Assembly (NCBI RefSeq): GCF_018977255.1
Contig: NW_024704742.1
Location: forward strand, 122,948,001-123,012,000
Length of the DNA: 64,000 nt
Direction: 5' to 3'
Origin: Callorhinchus milii
Taxonomy: Eukaryota
The notes below the pieces were generated by a model. The model saw nothing but the letters and a program-made list of their open reading frames with translations, ran no database searches and was not told where the DNA came from. This document shows, piece by piece, positions 1 to 10,800 of this stretch. Numbering within the stretch: the stretch's first letter is position 1; every line of letters begins with the position of its first letter. A program made the position numbers and the translations under genes.

Positions 1-1533
1 GTGTAGTGCTGTGTGTGTGTAGTTCAGGTGTAGTGCTGTGTGTGTGTGTAGTTCAGGTGTAGTGCTGTGTGTGTGTAGTTCAGGTGTAGTGGAGCTGTGT
101 GTAGTTCAGGTGTAGTGCTGTGTGTGTGTGTGTAGTTCAGGTGTAGTGCTGTGTGTGTGTGTAGTTCAGGTGTAGTGCTGTGTGTGTGTAGTTCAGGTGT
201 AGTGCTGTGTGTGTGTAGTTCAGGTGTAGTGCTGTGTGTGTGTAGTTCAGGTGTAGTGCTGTGTGTGTGTAGTTCAGGTGTAGTGCTGTGTGTGTGTGTA
301 GTTCAGGTGTAGTGTTGGTGTATGTGTGTGTAGTTCAGGTGTAGTGCTGTGTGTGTGTGTGTAGTTCAGGTGTAGTGCTGTGTGTGTGTGTGTAGTTCAG
401 GTGTAGTGCTGTGTGTGTGTGTAGTTCAGGTGTAGTGCTGTGTGTGTGTGTGTAGTTCAGGTGTAGTGCTGTGTGTGTGTAGTTCAGGTGTAGTGCTGTG
501 TGTGTGTAGTTCAGGTGTAGTGCTGTGTGTGTGTGTAGTTCAGGTGTAGTGCTGTGTGTGTGTAGTTCAGGTGTAGTGCTGTGTGTGTGTGTAGTTCAGG
601 TGTAGTGCTGTGTGTGTGTGTGTAGTTCAGGTGTAGTGCTGTGTGTGTGTAGTTCAGGTGTAGTGCTGTGTGTGTGTAGTTCAGGTGTAGTGCTGTGTGT
701 GTGTGTGTGTGTAGTTCAGGTGTAGTGCTGTGTGTGTGTGTGTGTAGTTCAGGTGTAGTGCTGTGTGTGTGTGTGTAGTTCAGGTGTAGTGGAGCTGTGT
801 GTAGTTCAGGTGTAGTGCTGTGTGTGTGTGTGTGTAGTTCAGGTGTAGTGCTGTGTGTGTGTGTGTGTGTAGTTCAGGTATAGTTGTGTGTGTGTGTTGT
901 TCAGGTGTAGTGCTGTGTGTGTGTAGTTCAGGTGTAGTGCTGTGTGTGTAGTTCAGGTGTAGTGCTGTGTGTAGTTCAGGTGTAGTGCTGTGTGTGTGTG
1001 TAGTTCAGGTGTAGTGCTGTGTGTGTGTGTAGTTCAGGTGTAGTGCTGTGTGTAGTTCAGGTGTAGTGCTGTGTGTGTGTAGTTCAGGTGTAGTGCTGTG
1101 TGTGTGTGTAGTTCAGGTGTAGTGCTGTGTGTGTGTGTAGTTCAGGTGTAGTGCTGTGTGTGTGTAGTTCAGGTGTAGTGCTGTGTGTGTGTGTAGTTCA
1201 GGTGTAGTGCTGTGTGTGGTGTAGTTCAGGTGTAGTGCTGTGTGTGTGTGTAGTTCAGGTGTAGTGCGTGTGTGTGTGTAGTTCAGGTGTAGTGCTGTGT
1301 GTGTGTGTAGTTCAGGTGTAGTGCTGTGTGTGTGTAGTTCAGGTGTAGTGCTGTGTGTGTAGTTCAGGTGTAGTGCTGTGTGTGTGTGTAGTTCAGGTGT
1401 AGTGCTGTGTGTGTGTGTAGTTCAGGTGTAGTGCTGTGTGTGTGTAGTTCAGGTGTAGTGCTGTGTGTGTAGTTCAGGTGTAGTGCTGTGTGTGTGTGTA
1501 GTTCAGGTGTAGTGCTGTGTGTGTGGTGTGTGT
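1..1533. repeat. GT-rich minisatellite, unit AGTTCAGGTGTAGTGCT+(GT)n, roughly 50 copies, runs off the left edge
   Basis: Directly visible near-invariant 17-nt core separated by variable-length (GT)n. Confidence 0.97.
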
Positions 1534-2200
1534 GGGGGGGGGGGAGGGGGGGGGTTCGGGCTGCACCAATCACAGCGGAGCTCGGGAATCGCTCGCGCAC
1601 TCCGCTTCCATCCGGGTCCCGGCCGCCCGGGCTGAGCGCTCACTCCGGGAGAGGCAACAACATGGCGGAGGTGAGAGAGCGGAGCGGGGACAGGGGGGCG
1701 CCGCGGGGGGGACAGCCCGGGACAGGGACCCCCGGGGCCGAGCCCACACAGGGTGGTTGCGAGACCCACCAAAAGCAGTGGCGTCGTCTCGTTATTTTTT
1801 TTTCGCCGTGTGTCCGGGGTTGGGGGAAGAGGCGGAGAGAGGGAGGAGGGAGGGAGGGGGGAGAGGGAGAGACGCCGGAGCGGGTTCCTGGGGGTTGAGG
1901 AGGAGGAGGAGGAGGAGGGGGCGGCTCTGGGTCTAGGCCCCGGTGTCGCCGCTCCCTCTCCCCCTCTCCCCCCTCTCTCTCTCTCTCTCCCGCGGCGCTG
2001 TGTGTCTGCGCGCGGGGGTTTTTTTTTCCCCCCCCGTTACCGAATAACGGGAGTCGCTGGGACTGACCGGGGGGGCGCGGGGGTTGGGCGGCCGCGCCTC
2101 TCGGGTGGTGGTGGGGGGTTGGGGGCCTTGGCGGCGGCTCAGCTGATGGTGGTGGTGGTGGGGGGGTCAGGGGAGAGCCCCCGCCAGGAACTTAGTTGGT
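1534..2200 (+). promoter_or_regulatory. MIER3: MIER3 CpG-island promoter: G-tract, CCAAT box (1566-1570), YY1-like AACATGGCGG over the start codon
   Basis: High GC/CpG around the first coding exon; CCAATCAC motif about 90 bp upstream of the ATG. Confidence 0.75.
1662..1670 (+). CDS. MIER3: MIER3 exon 1 (MAE)
   Basis: aacATGGCGGAG|gtgaga, good Kozak context and donor. Confidence 0.85.
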
Positions 2201-2736
2201 GGGATGGAGGAAGCTCGATCAGAGGGAGACCGAACCATCCAGAGGAGGAGTGGGGGAGAGAGGGGGAGATCATGAACCGACTGGGGGGGGAGTGGGGGAT
2301 AGAGGGGGAGATCATAACGAGGGCGTGGGGGAGGGGAGGGGGGTTATAACCTGGTCACAGGGGGGGAAGGGGCCACGTTATAAAGTTAGCGATAATAAAC
2401 TGACCGGGGGGGGGGGGGGATTTTAAACCGACCAGTGGAAGGGGAGAGAGAGAGATTTTAGAACAACTTCAACAACTTGCATTTGTACAGCGCTCTTTAC
2501 GCACAGTAGTGGGCCCGGGAGCGCTTATATAGTAAACGGAGGGGAGAGGGGGGGGAGAGATTAGAGACTGACAGGAGACGGGTAGAGAGAGATAGAGAGA
2601 TCACAAACTGTCCGGGGTGGGGGGAGAGAGAGAAGGTCGTGGTTGGACTTGCACCCAAATGTGTGTGTCTGTGTGCAGTTGTAAGTGTTACGTGTGTTTA
2701 CTTATTATCAATTTACACTTAAAAATTCAATTTCAG

Positions 2737-2761
2737 GCTTCCTATGGAAGTTCGAGCCCAG
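2737..2761 (+). CDS. MIER3: MIER3 exon 2 (ASYGSSSP)
   Basis: tttcag|GCTTCC...CCAG|gtacgt; 25 nt. Confidence 0.9.
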
Positions 2762-3369
2762 GTACGTGGTGATCTGGCTCCCTTTCCCCCAGATTTCAGC
2801 AGGAAATCGATTCGAGGTGTTTGGGTGTGGTCTTTTAATTGCACACAATATTGTGGTTTTAAAAAGTTACTTTATTGAAAAGATATTGAAAGAAAAATGT
2901 ATGCCAGAGATTCTTGGAAACTGAACTGTGAGTAAGAACCATTGAAGTCATTTTTAATCCACAAAATAAAAACCTGGGAACTTTTGGACTTTTTTGTGGT
3001 CGAGTTTTCACGTGAAAATGTGACAGTATTGAAAATTGGTAGAAATCTGTAACTGATTGCACTTTCTACCTACATTAAAGGTAGTCCGAGAACACCATAA
3101 TTTTTCCCAAAAACAAAAAAATAAGGCTCTGGGAACACCATAATTTTCCCCCGTATAGTTTAAAATAGCTCTATGATTCTTCTGTGATGTTTACATCCCC
3201 TGTAACAAATGCGGATGACTTGCTCCATAATATATTACTAAGAACGCATCAATACCCATCTGTATATGTATATGATCATATAAAGTAGCTGATTGGTGAG
3301 AAACAAATTTCTCCAAAAAAAAACAAATTCTCCCAACTTTTCAGCACCCAAAATATGTTTGCATCACGC

Positions 3370-3640
3370 TAGTTGATCTGGGTTCGATTCCAGGACAGGG
3401 AGAGACATTGGGCAAGTTTCCTTATTCCACACGCCTCTGTTTACCTAGCACTAAGTAGGAACCCGGTTGTTAGTCAATTGGTGGATCACTTTTCTGGCGG
3501 TAATAATCCCCTAAAAAAATTAATATCCATGAATGTTTGGCTGCCACCTTTCGCCCATAGACTACAGTCCTTTCACTTTACAGTATATTCTGTGAAGTGC
3601 TTTGAGACATCTCAAAGATGTGATAAGGCACTATATCTAT
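3370..3640 (+). mobile_element. tRNA-derived SINE, older long-form copy
   Basis: B-box GGTTCGATTCC, shared body and tail with other copies. Confidence 0.8.
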
Positions 3641-3641
3641 A

Positions 3642-3954
3642 GGAGTCCTGTAGCTCAGTGGTTAGAGCACTCGCTTTGCAAGTGAGAGACGCGAGTTCAA
3701 TTCCAGGCAGAGCGAAACCTTGGGCAAGTTCCTTACTCCACACAGAGCCTAATCATAATCCCTCCAAAACAAAAAACAATAATAAATTGGTCATTTTCAA
3801 TCCACGACTGTTTGTGGGACATTGCTGTGCACAATTGGCTGCCGCGTTTTGCCCACAAATATATAGTCAATTCACTTTACAGTATATTCTGTGAAGCTTT
3901 GGGACGTCCTCCCGACGTGCAAAGTGCTATATCAAATGCAAGGATTATTATTAT
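3642..3954 (+). mobile_element. Full-length young tRNA-derived SINE with LINE2-type tail and (ATT)n end
   Basis: GGAGTCCTGTAGCTCAGTGGTTAGAGC...GAGTTCAATTCC head (A/B boxes); many copies in window. Confidence 0.9.
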
Positions 3955-5069
3955 ATCATTCTATTACCAAGCATGCCACCTTGAAGGCAGCTCAAGGAAT
4001 CCTATTCTCTCTCCCTCCACCCCCCCCAGGATAGTCCTTAATTAAGTAATTAACCAATAAAAATTATTACATAATTAAAAGAACTTGTAATTCCCTTTGT
4101 ACATATTGTTTATACATGTTTAACACAACTTGCAAATTAGATTCCATTGAGCTATTAATCTGGGTGAATGGGTCTAATTTTTTTTAAATAAATCTAATGT
4201 ACTACTTACCAGCAGTTTATATTTAATTTTGAAAGCTATTATACAAGGAAGACAGAAATTCTAGGTGTACAAGTAAAAACTTACAGATGGAAATATTTTC
4301 AATCATTTTACATTTGAAACGGAGTTTAGCTTGTTAAATGTCTGAACCGTTTGCTGCTTTGCACTTAATTGCTGTTGAAACTAATCTTGAATATACAGTA
4401 TAACAAATGTGCAATTAAAATAGATCAAGAATGAGAATAAAGAAATTAAAGCCTTCAATTTGTGAATATGTATTGCAGCAAGGTACAGTGTATTTTACAG
4501 TATGGGGTCCAGTAATGCTATTATAATCAACTAGCATTATTCATACTCTTTGTAGATTTGGTTTTCTTTTGAGTGTCAAAAAAACGCTATAAAATGTAAA
4601 CATCAGTACTAAAGATTATTATTGGGTCAGCCAGAGTACCCAAACAACTTAAGAAGGTCTGCATATGCATGGCACCTAAGCATCGAAATTTCCCTGTGTC
4701 TGGAATGGAATGCACACACGAGCTGGAGGACGCATCCTGCTTACCCAGTGCTGGAAAGTATTAGGAGCAGGTTTGCAAGATCAAAGCTTGTGTGTGTGTG
4801 TTGGGGTGTTTCTGGAGATTAATAAGTTAAAACCGCATAAATTACTATTGCACCGTAAACAAAACATCCAGTTGCTTGTCCAGATAGGACCAGTACCCAT
4901 TCGGGCTTTGTTGGCTTGCAGTGTTAACAGGAGTGAGTGTGAAGAATCCCCCCCCCCCCCCCCCCCCCCCCGTTTTTGTTTTCCATGTTTAGTTACAAGA
5001 CGTTTTAAAGCTCTTTTTAAAATAATTCATGGTCATTTCAATGAAATAAGTAAGTTACATTTTCTTAAC

Positions 5070-5230
5070 ATAATAATCCTTGCATTTGATATAGTGCCAT
5101 ATCACATCGTTGAGACATCTCAGAACTTCACAGAATATATTGTAAAGTAGATTGACTATCTTGTGGGCGAAACACGGCAACCAATTGGTCACAGCAGTGT
5201 CCCACAAACAGTCATTTGCTGTTGTCAGTT
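5070..5230 (-). mobile_element. SINE 3' half
   Basis: Reverse complement of SINE tail. Confidence 0.8.
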
Positions 5231-6294
5231 TCAAGAACAAATTAGATAGATTTCTGCTAGAAAATAATATCTCAGGATACAGTATATAGATCGGGACACG
5301 ACATGTTAAGTGACTACCAGGATGGTGGAAAGTGAACTAGATGAACCTTTGTCTACTTTCGCCAAGCAAATTCTTATGTTCTTATAAGGAATTGGCAAGA
5401 TGCATGAGTAAAAATTAAGCTACGTATATTTTAAGATATTGTGTGATAAATAGAGTAAGCGAAGACCCGTGATATCTAGATTCAGATAATGACGAAATGC
5501 TCCCTTGGTGTAACAATATTGATAAAGGAGTAGCTGATTTATTATGATGCATCATTTTGTGATGTACTATATGGGTTTGAGTTTTATTTTTCTCTAACCC
5601 ATCTGTTGATTTACTGATTTTAAACTATAAGTGGCCCATTGAAACATTTAAAAAAAACTGTACATATATGCATTTAAAATGTAGATTAAATACAATTAGA
5701 AAGTAGTTGTTCAAATTCTACACTTTTGTGCAGTCGAATGAGATTGGTGCTGTGGATGAGTACTTGTTGGATGTTATTGAGCTTTACAGGCTGATGAGAA
5801 ATGTTTCTGCAGCCTCTTTCCCAATGTCGAAAGGAAACTATACCAGATATCAATTTCTTGGCCTTCAAGTGACTGAAAAAACAGTGCTGAAATGCAATTT
5901 TTTCCATTTTTGCTTCCACCTTTGATATGAGCAGTGGGAGCTGCGAGGAAAAAAAAGGACATGGTATTAAACTTTTTTTGAAAGTGAAAAGAGAGAGAAA
6001 ATTAATTTAATAGAGAACAATCTCAATTTAAACAGGACAAAGAATAGAGGATGAATAGTAGAAAAAATTGTAGAATTATAATATTGATCTAAAATAATAT
6101 TTTACTTTTGTACATATCTTACTTCATTAATAAAGCTACTCTTGACATTGGAGAAGCTTTAACATTAAGATTCAATGTTAATCGATGAAATCGTCTGAAA
6201 CTGGTTAAAGATTTTTCTCTAGATCGATTGCCAATCCGTAAGAGTGAATGTATTTCCATTTTTCAGTGGTGGTATACTTGAGCAAAAAATGTAA

Positions 6295-6507
<213 letters not shown>

Positions 6508-6835
6508 TAGAAATGCTCAACTTCAGCAGTTCAAAATTAAAAAGTTTAATGTTTGATATTATAAAATTTGTTTATTTTTAAAAAATATTTTAAGAGTGTT
6601 TGCAAATTTAGGAGGTTATGGGAAAATAGCATAGCATGTGTTCCTCTCTCTCCCCAATCATCTGAACAGGAAAAAAAGGAGAAAGTTAAATGTCGCATTT
6701 ATATTCATATATCTATTTTCGCAAATAATAAAGGGTTATTAGCTGCTAACCTCATAAGATTCCAGAACCTACTCTCCTCAATTTTGGGTGTTTTTGTGCT
6801 TTTTTGTTGCACTTAGAAAATTAAAACTAACAAGT

Positions 6836-7209
6836 GGAGTTCTGTAGCTTGGTGGTTAGAGCACTCGCCTCGCAAGAGAGGACCTAGATTTGATTCCCGG
6901 GCAGGGCGAAAAGTTGGGCAAGTTTTCTTATTCCACACGCCTCTATTTACCTACCAGTAAGTAGGAATCTGATTGTTAGTTGATCGTCGGATTGCTTTTC
7001 TGGGGTTAATAATCCCTTCAGAAAATAAATAAATAAAAATAATAATAATTTAGTCAGACAATCCACTACTGTTTGTGGGACACTACTATGCACAATTGGC
7101 TGCCGCATTTCACCCACAAAATTCACTTTACAGTATATTCTGTGAAACACTTTGAGACTGGCTTGCAGATGTGATAAGGCGCTATATCAAATGTAAAGAT
7201 TATTATTAT
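6836..7209 (+). mobile_element. Full-length tRNA-SINE, long form
   Basis: tRNA head, extra internal segment, tail. Confidence 0.88.
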
Positions 7210-7475
7210 GAAGTTACGATAATATACTAAATGAATAGTCTCTCATTCAAAAATCCTTTTGAAGTTATTTTTTCTTCTATTGGGAAAATGTAATTGATTT
7301 TGGCACAAAAATTCCATCTTTACTTAAAAAACACTGCAGGTGAAACAGCTGGTGGTGGAGTACATAATGATTGCAGTGCATTCCCTGCATGGTGCATTCC
7401 CTACCTAAGCCATAATACAATGATGAGATGCGGAGTCTGAAGCCAGTACCTTGTTTTTTCCTCATGTATTTTGCA

Positions 7476-7800
7476 AACAACAACTTGGATCTATATAGTG
7501 CCCTCCGCGCCGGTACCCGTACCCTTTGCCTTCCTTCCTCCGGGTCTGGCCTCCTCCTCGTCCCCCGCTCCACCCTCGGCGGCCGTGTCTTCAGCCACTA
7601 TGCCCCAAGGCTCTGGAATTCCCTTCGCCTCGCTCCCTCTCTCCCTACTTTCAGGTTCCTACTGAAGACTTTTCTTTTCAACCATGCCTTTGGTCCCCTT
7701 CCTCCCCCTCCCCCTGGCTTGGCCCTGGGATCTGTTGCTGTGAGGCGCTCTGAGATGCCGTCCGACGTGGAGGGCGCTATATAAATCCCAAGTTGTTGTT
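7476..7800 (+). mobile_element. LINE2 3' fragment with an inverted tail copy at its 5' end
   Basis: Translates to L2 ORF2 C-terminus (GRVFSHYAPRLWNSL); (GTT)n tail. Confidence 0.8.
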
Positions 7801-7908
7801 GTAATTGTTGAAATGGTAGATATTATAATAGATTGAACACTTTGTAAAAGTCATCTTAGCTAATTAAGTTGAATGTATTCAAAGGTTACAGTTGTTTGTG
7901 CTTAACAG

Positions 7909-8043
7909 GAGAGCAACATGCCGCTGGATGATTTGCTGGCACTTTATGGGTATGAACCCTCTGGTCCTGTGATTGAAAATGAGAATCCAGGAAGTTCACC
8001 GAGTGAGCTCGCTGATGAACTACCTGATATGACCCTTGATAAG
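7909..8043 (+). CDS. MIER3: MIER3 exon 4
   Basis: [16 protein letters not shown]...[13 protein letters not shown]; ag/gt bounded. Confidence 0.95.
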
Positions 8044-8149
8044 GTAGTGCCCAAAATGAGATTTTATAATGTATTTGATTAAAAGTGAATTAATGGTTTG
8101 CATCTAAGAAACCTGGGGAGTAACAAATCTTTTTGTCTGGGGTTAACAG

Positions 8150-8270
8150 GAAGAAATAGCAAAAGACCTACTATCCGGTGATGATGAAGAAACACAGTCT
8201 TCTGCTGATGACCTGACACCATCTGTCACTTCTCATGAAACAACAGATTTGTTTCCACGCCACTTAAGAT
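8150..8270 (+). CDS. MIER3: MIER3 exon 5
   Basis: [30 protein letters not shown]...; ag/gtaagt. Confidence 0.95.
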
Positions 8271-8589
8271 GTAAGTTGATGAACCTGAAACAAAAGTCCA
8301 AGACGAATGCATTCTTTTCAAACTCCTTACAGCTCTATCTGAAAATTTTTAACAATATCATACATTTTTGATCATGTAAATAATTTCAATTGTCAAATCG
8401 TAGAGACTACAATTTTGGGTATCTGACACTCCTAGGCTGTTCAGGTAACATTGACAGGGAAGACCTGTAAATCTCCTAGAGTAGGTCTACCTGATGTGAA
8501 AGGCGTTATACAAATGTAATTTGTTGTACTCTTTCAGTTGAGAGGGTGACATTTTAGGAAGATTCCCAGCAGTCTCAGAAAAACTTAGT

Positions 8590-8985
8590 AGTATAATAAG
8601 TAATGATCTTTGCATTTGGTATAGCTTCTTAACATCTCAGATCGCTTCATAGGATTTACTGTAAGTATAGTGACTGTTTTGTGCCCAGCAATGTTCCATC
8701 AGCAGCCATGAAGTGAATGGCCAATTTTATTTCGGGATTTACTGGCGAGGATACCGGGAAAAGCTCTCTTCTCTTTTCAAATAGTTCCATGTGATCTTTA
8801 TTGTCCACCTAAAAAGGCAAATGGGACCTCAGCTTAATGTTTCATAGAAATACAGCATACCTCCAGCACTGCTTTGGAGTGTCAGCGAGACAGTGAGCTC
8901 ACAGTCCCAGCATGGGGCTTGGACCTTCACCTTCTGACTCACGAGGAGAAAGAACATGCTACCATCTGAGCTAGGTTGACACCTG
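8590..8985 (-). mobile_element. Old Deu-domain-type SINE
   Basis: Degenerate match to recalled DeuSINE core (GATCTTT...GTCCAC...GGACCTCAG) plus shared tail. Confidence 0.6.
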
Positions 8986-10599
8986 CTACTATTCCAGCTG
9001 GGTCATTCTTATTTTTCCAAAGTCAAGGTACTTCAGAAAGTTTCCAAGCCTACTGAAATATCTGTTTAATGATGTTAATGCGCCTAGCCAGGACATGTGT
9101 GAATCTTTGCCATCGATGACTTGATTGGAACGACCAAGAATAGAATACATCTAACATGGAAACAAACTTGATTCTGTGCAAAACAATAGAATATTAGTTC
9201 AAGTTGCTAGTGTGTTTTGAACAGAAAAAAACTTTCTCTTTTTTCCTATCCTTGCTTTCCTTCACCTTAAATAATGTTGGAAAATATTGGGGCAAGCGTA
9301 GAATTTTTCAGGTTTAGCTAAATTACTGCTATATTTTACCAATAAAATTCTTTGGTTTGTGGGGGTGGTGGGAGAGAAGAAGGAAAAAAGAAAAACAAGG
9401 AATTACTTTGTATCAAACTTGTGTAGGAAGCTAACCTTTTATTTCTTATCAAAATTTGCAAGCAAATATTTTTTATATTTTCAATATTTTTTTTAAAATG
9501 TACAAATTGGTAAACTTGCTATTGGTTCCTTAATTGCCTACTTATTTGCCATGCCCTTCTTCCACCCCCGGTCTAGCGGCTATTCATTTGATACTGAGAT
9601 AAACACTCTGATCTGTAACACTATTTTGTCTGAGATAGTATAAAGCTAATTACTATGAATGCAGAATTGCGAATTATGCTCAAGTTGCAAATTGTAAATA
9701 GTTGTACCTATGAACTTAACGCTAGACGTTTCTTGCTTTGTTTTTAACTTTTATGTTCATCTAAATGAGGAGCTATTTTGGGAGTGGTTTTGTGCTCTTT
9801 GCCGCAGTTTTATTGAACACTCAGGACAAAGCAGTTTGAACAACAGCTGAAACAGAAAGATAAGTTAACATTTCAGGTGATCCTTCAACAGAAATAAGGT
9901 ACTAGTGGCAATTGGTGATGAATTTATGAGGCATTTTTTGTCCTGTCCAATTATTCCGCCTAATGATTGTATTAAAACACCCAAAACTAATTTGAAATAG
10001 AACTTTTGCAGGTGTAGAGGAGACTTACTTTGGATAGATTGGAACTGGGGTATTAGAGGCAGCAATCATTTTACTCTCCTGTTCATTGTATTTGTTCTTT
10101 CATATAAAAAAGGTACATGAAAAGGGTATGAGATAATTTTTACTTTTCACTTTGCTGATAAACCAAGAATTTGATCCTTACCATCACATGTTAACTCCAA
10201 AAATATGTAGTTTGCCTCTTTTACAAACACTGAAATTAGGTGCTGAAGATTGGTAAAATCTATGCAAATCATCTATTTTTCAGTTTCAGGTAATTAATGC
10301 AAACTTAATTCTGTGGTATTGTTACTTGATGTTTGTCCTTCTCACCAGTTGTTGTAGACATGCAAACCATAGAAATCACAATATCCACCATAGAATGTTT
10401 AAATATTAAGCATGTGTCTTCTTTAAACTGCAGAGATGTTTATTTTTGTAATTTTGTACAAAATAAACAAGGGGATAGGTTGTCTGATTTCTATGTTCTG
10501 CATGGTATGGCGCTTGTGAAAATATACCAAGTATGTATACCATTAATTATAAACAATTAAGTTTGTATTAATAAAATACCTGTATAAACTGTTCTTTGT

Positions 10600-10800
10600 C
10601 GTTGTGCCTGAGTTGGTAAAGCCACTGGGTATTGTGTAATGGAACTATACAGGTCTCAGTTTTTATTTCAGTCTACTGAGTTGGCTGATCTCAGCTGGGA
10701 CAGCAGTAGAGTTTTACAATTTGTCTCAAATGATTCAGGCTGGGGAAGCGAAATCGTTCAAGATGTCTGTCTGATCACTATCCATTTATCATTGTTGGAT
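10600..10800 (+). mobile_element. Ancient SINE fragment (AmnSINE2-like by recall)
   Basis: CTGAGTTGGCTGATCTCAGCTGGG motif, also present reversed near 61550-61575. Confidence 0.45.

Noticed and set aside
1..1533. CRISPR-like repeat-spacer array
   Set aside because: Spacers are only (GT)n, not unique sequence; no cas genes; vertebrate context
1364..2426. Long ORFs over the MIER3 promoter and intron 1
   Set aside because: Low-complexity products of GC-rich or repeat DNA; only the 9-nt exon 1 is supported
3090..3151. Short direct repeat GAACACCATAATTTT(T)CCC after TTAAAGG, possible DNA-transposon end
   Set aside because: No matching terminal inverted repeat or TSD found
3642..3712. tRNA-Ala(TGC) gene (also 15607-15677, 53237-53307)
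   Set aside because: tRNA-like head runs straight into SINE body and tail, and the acceptor stem does not pair
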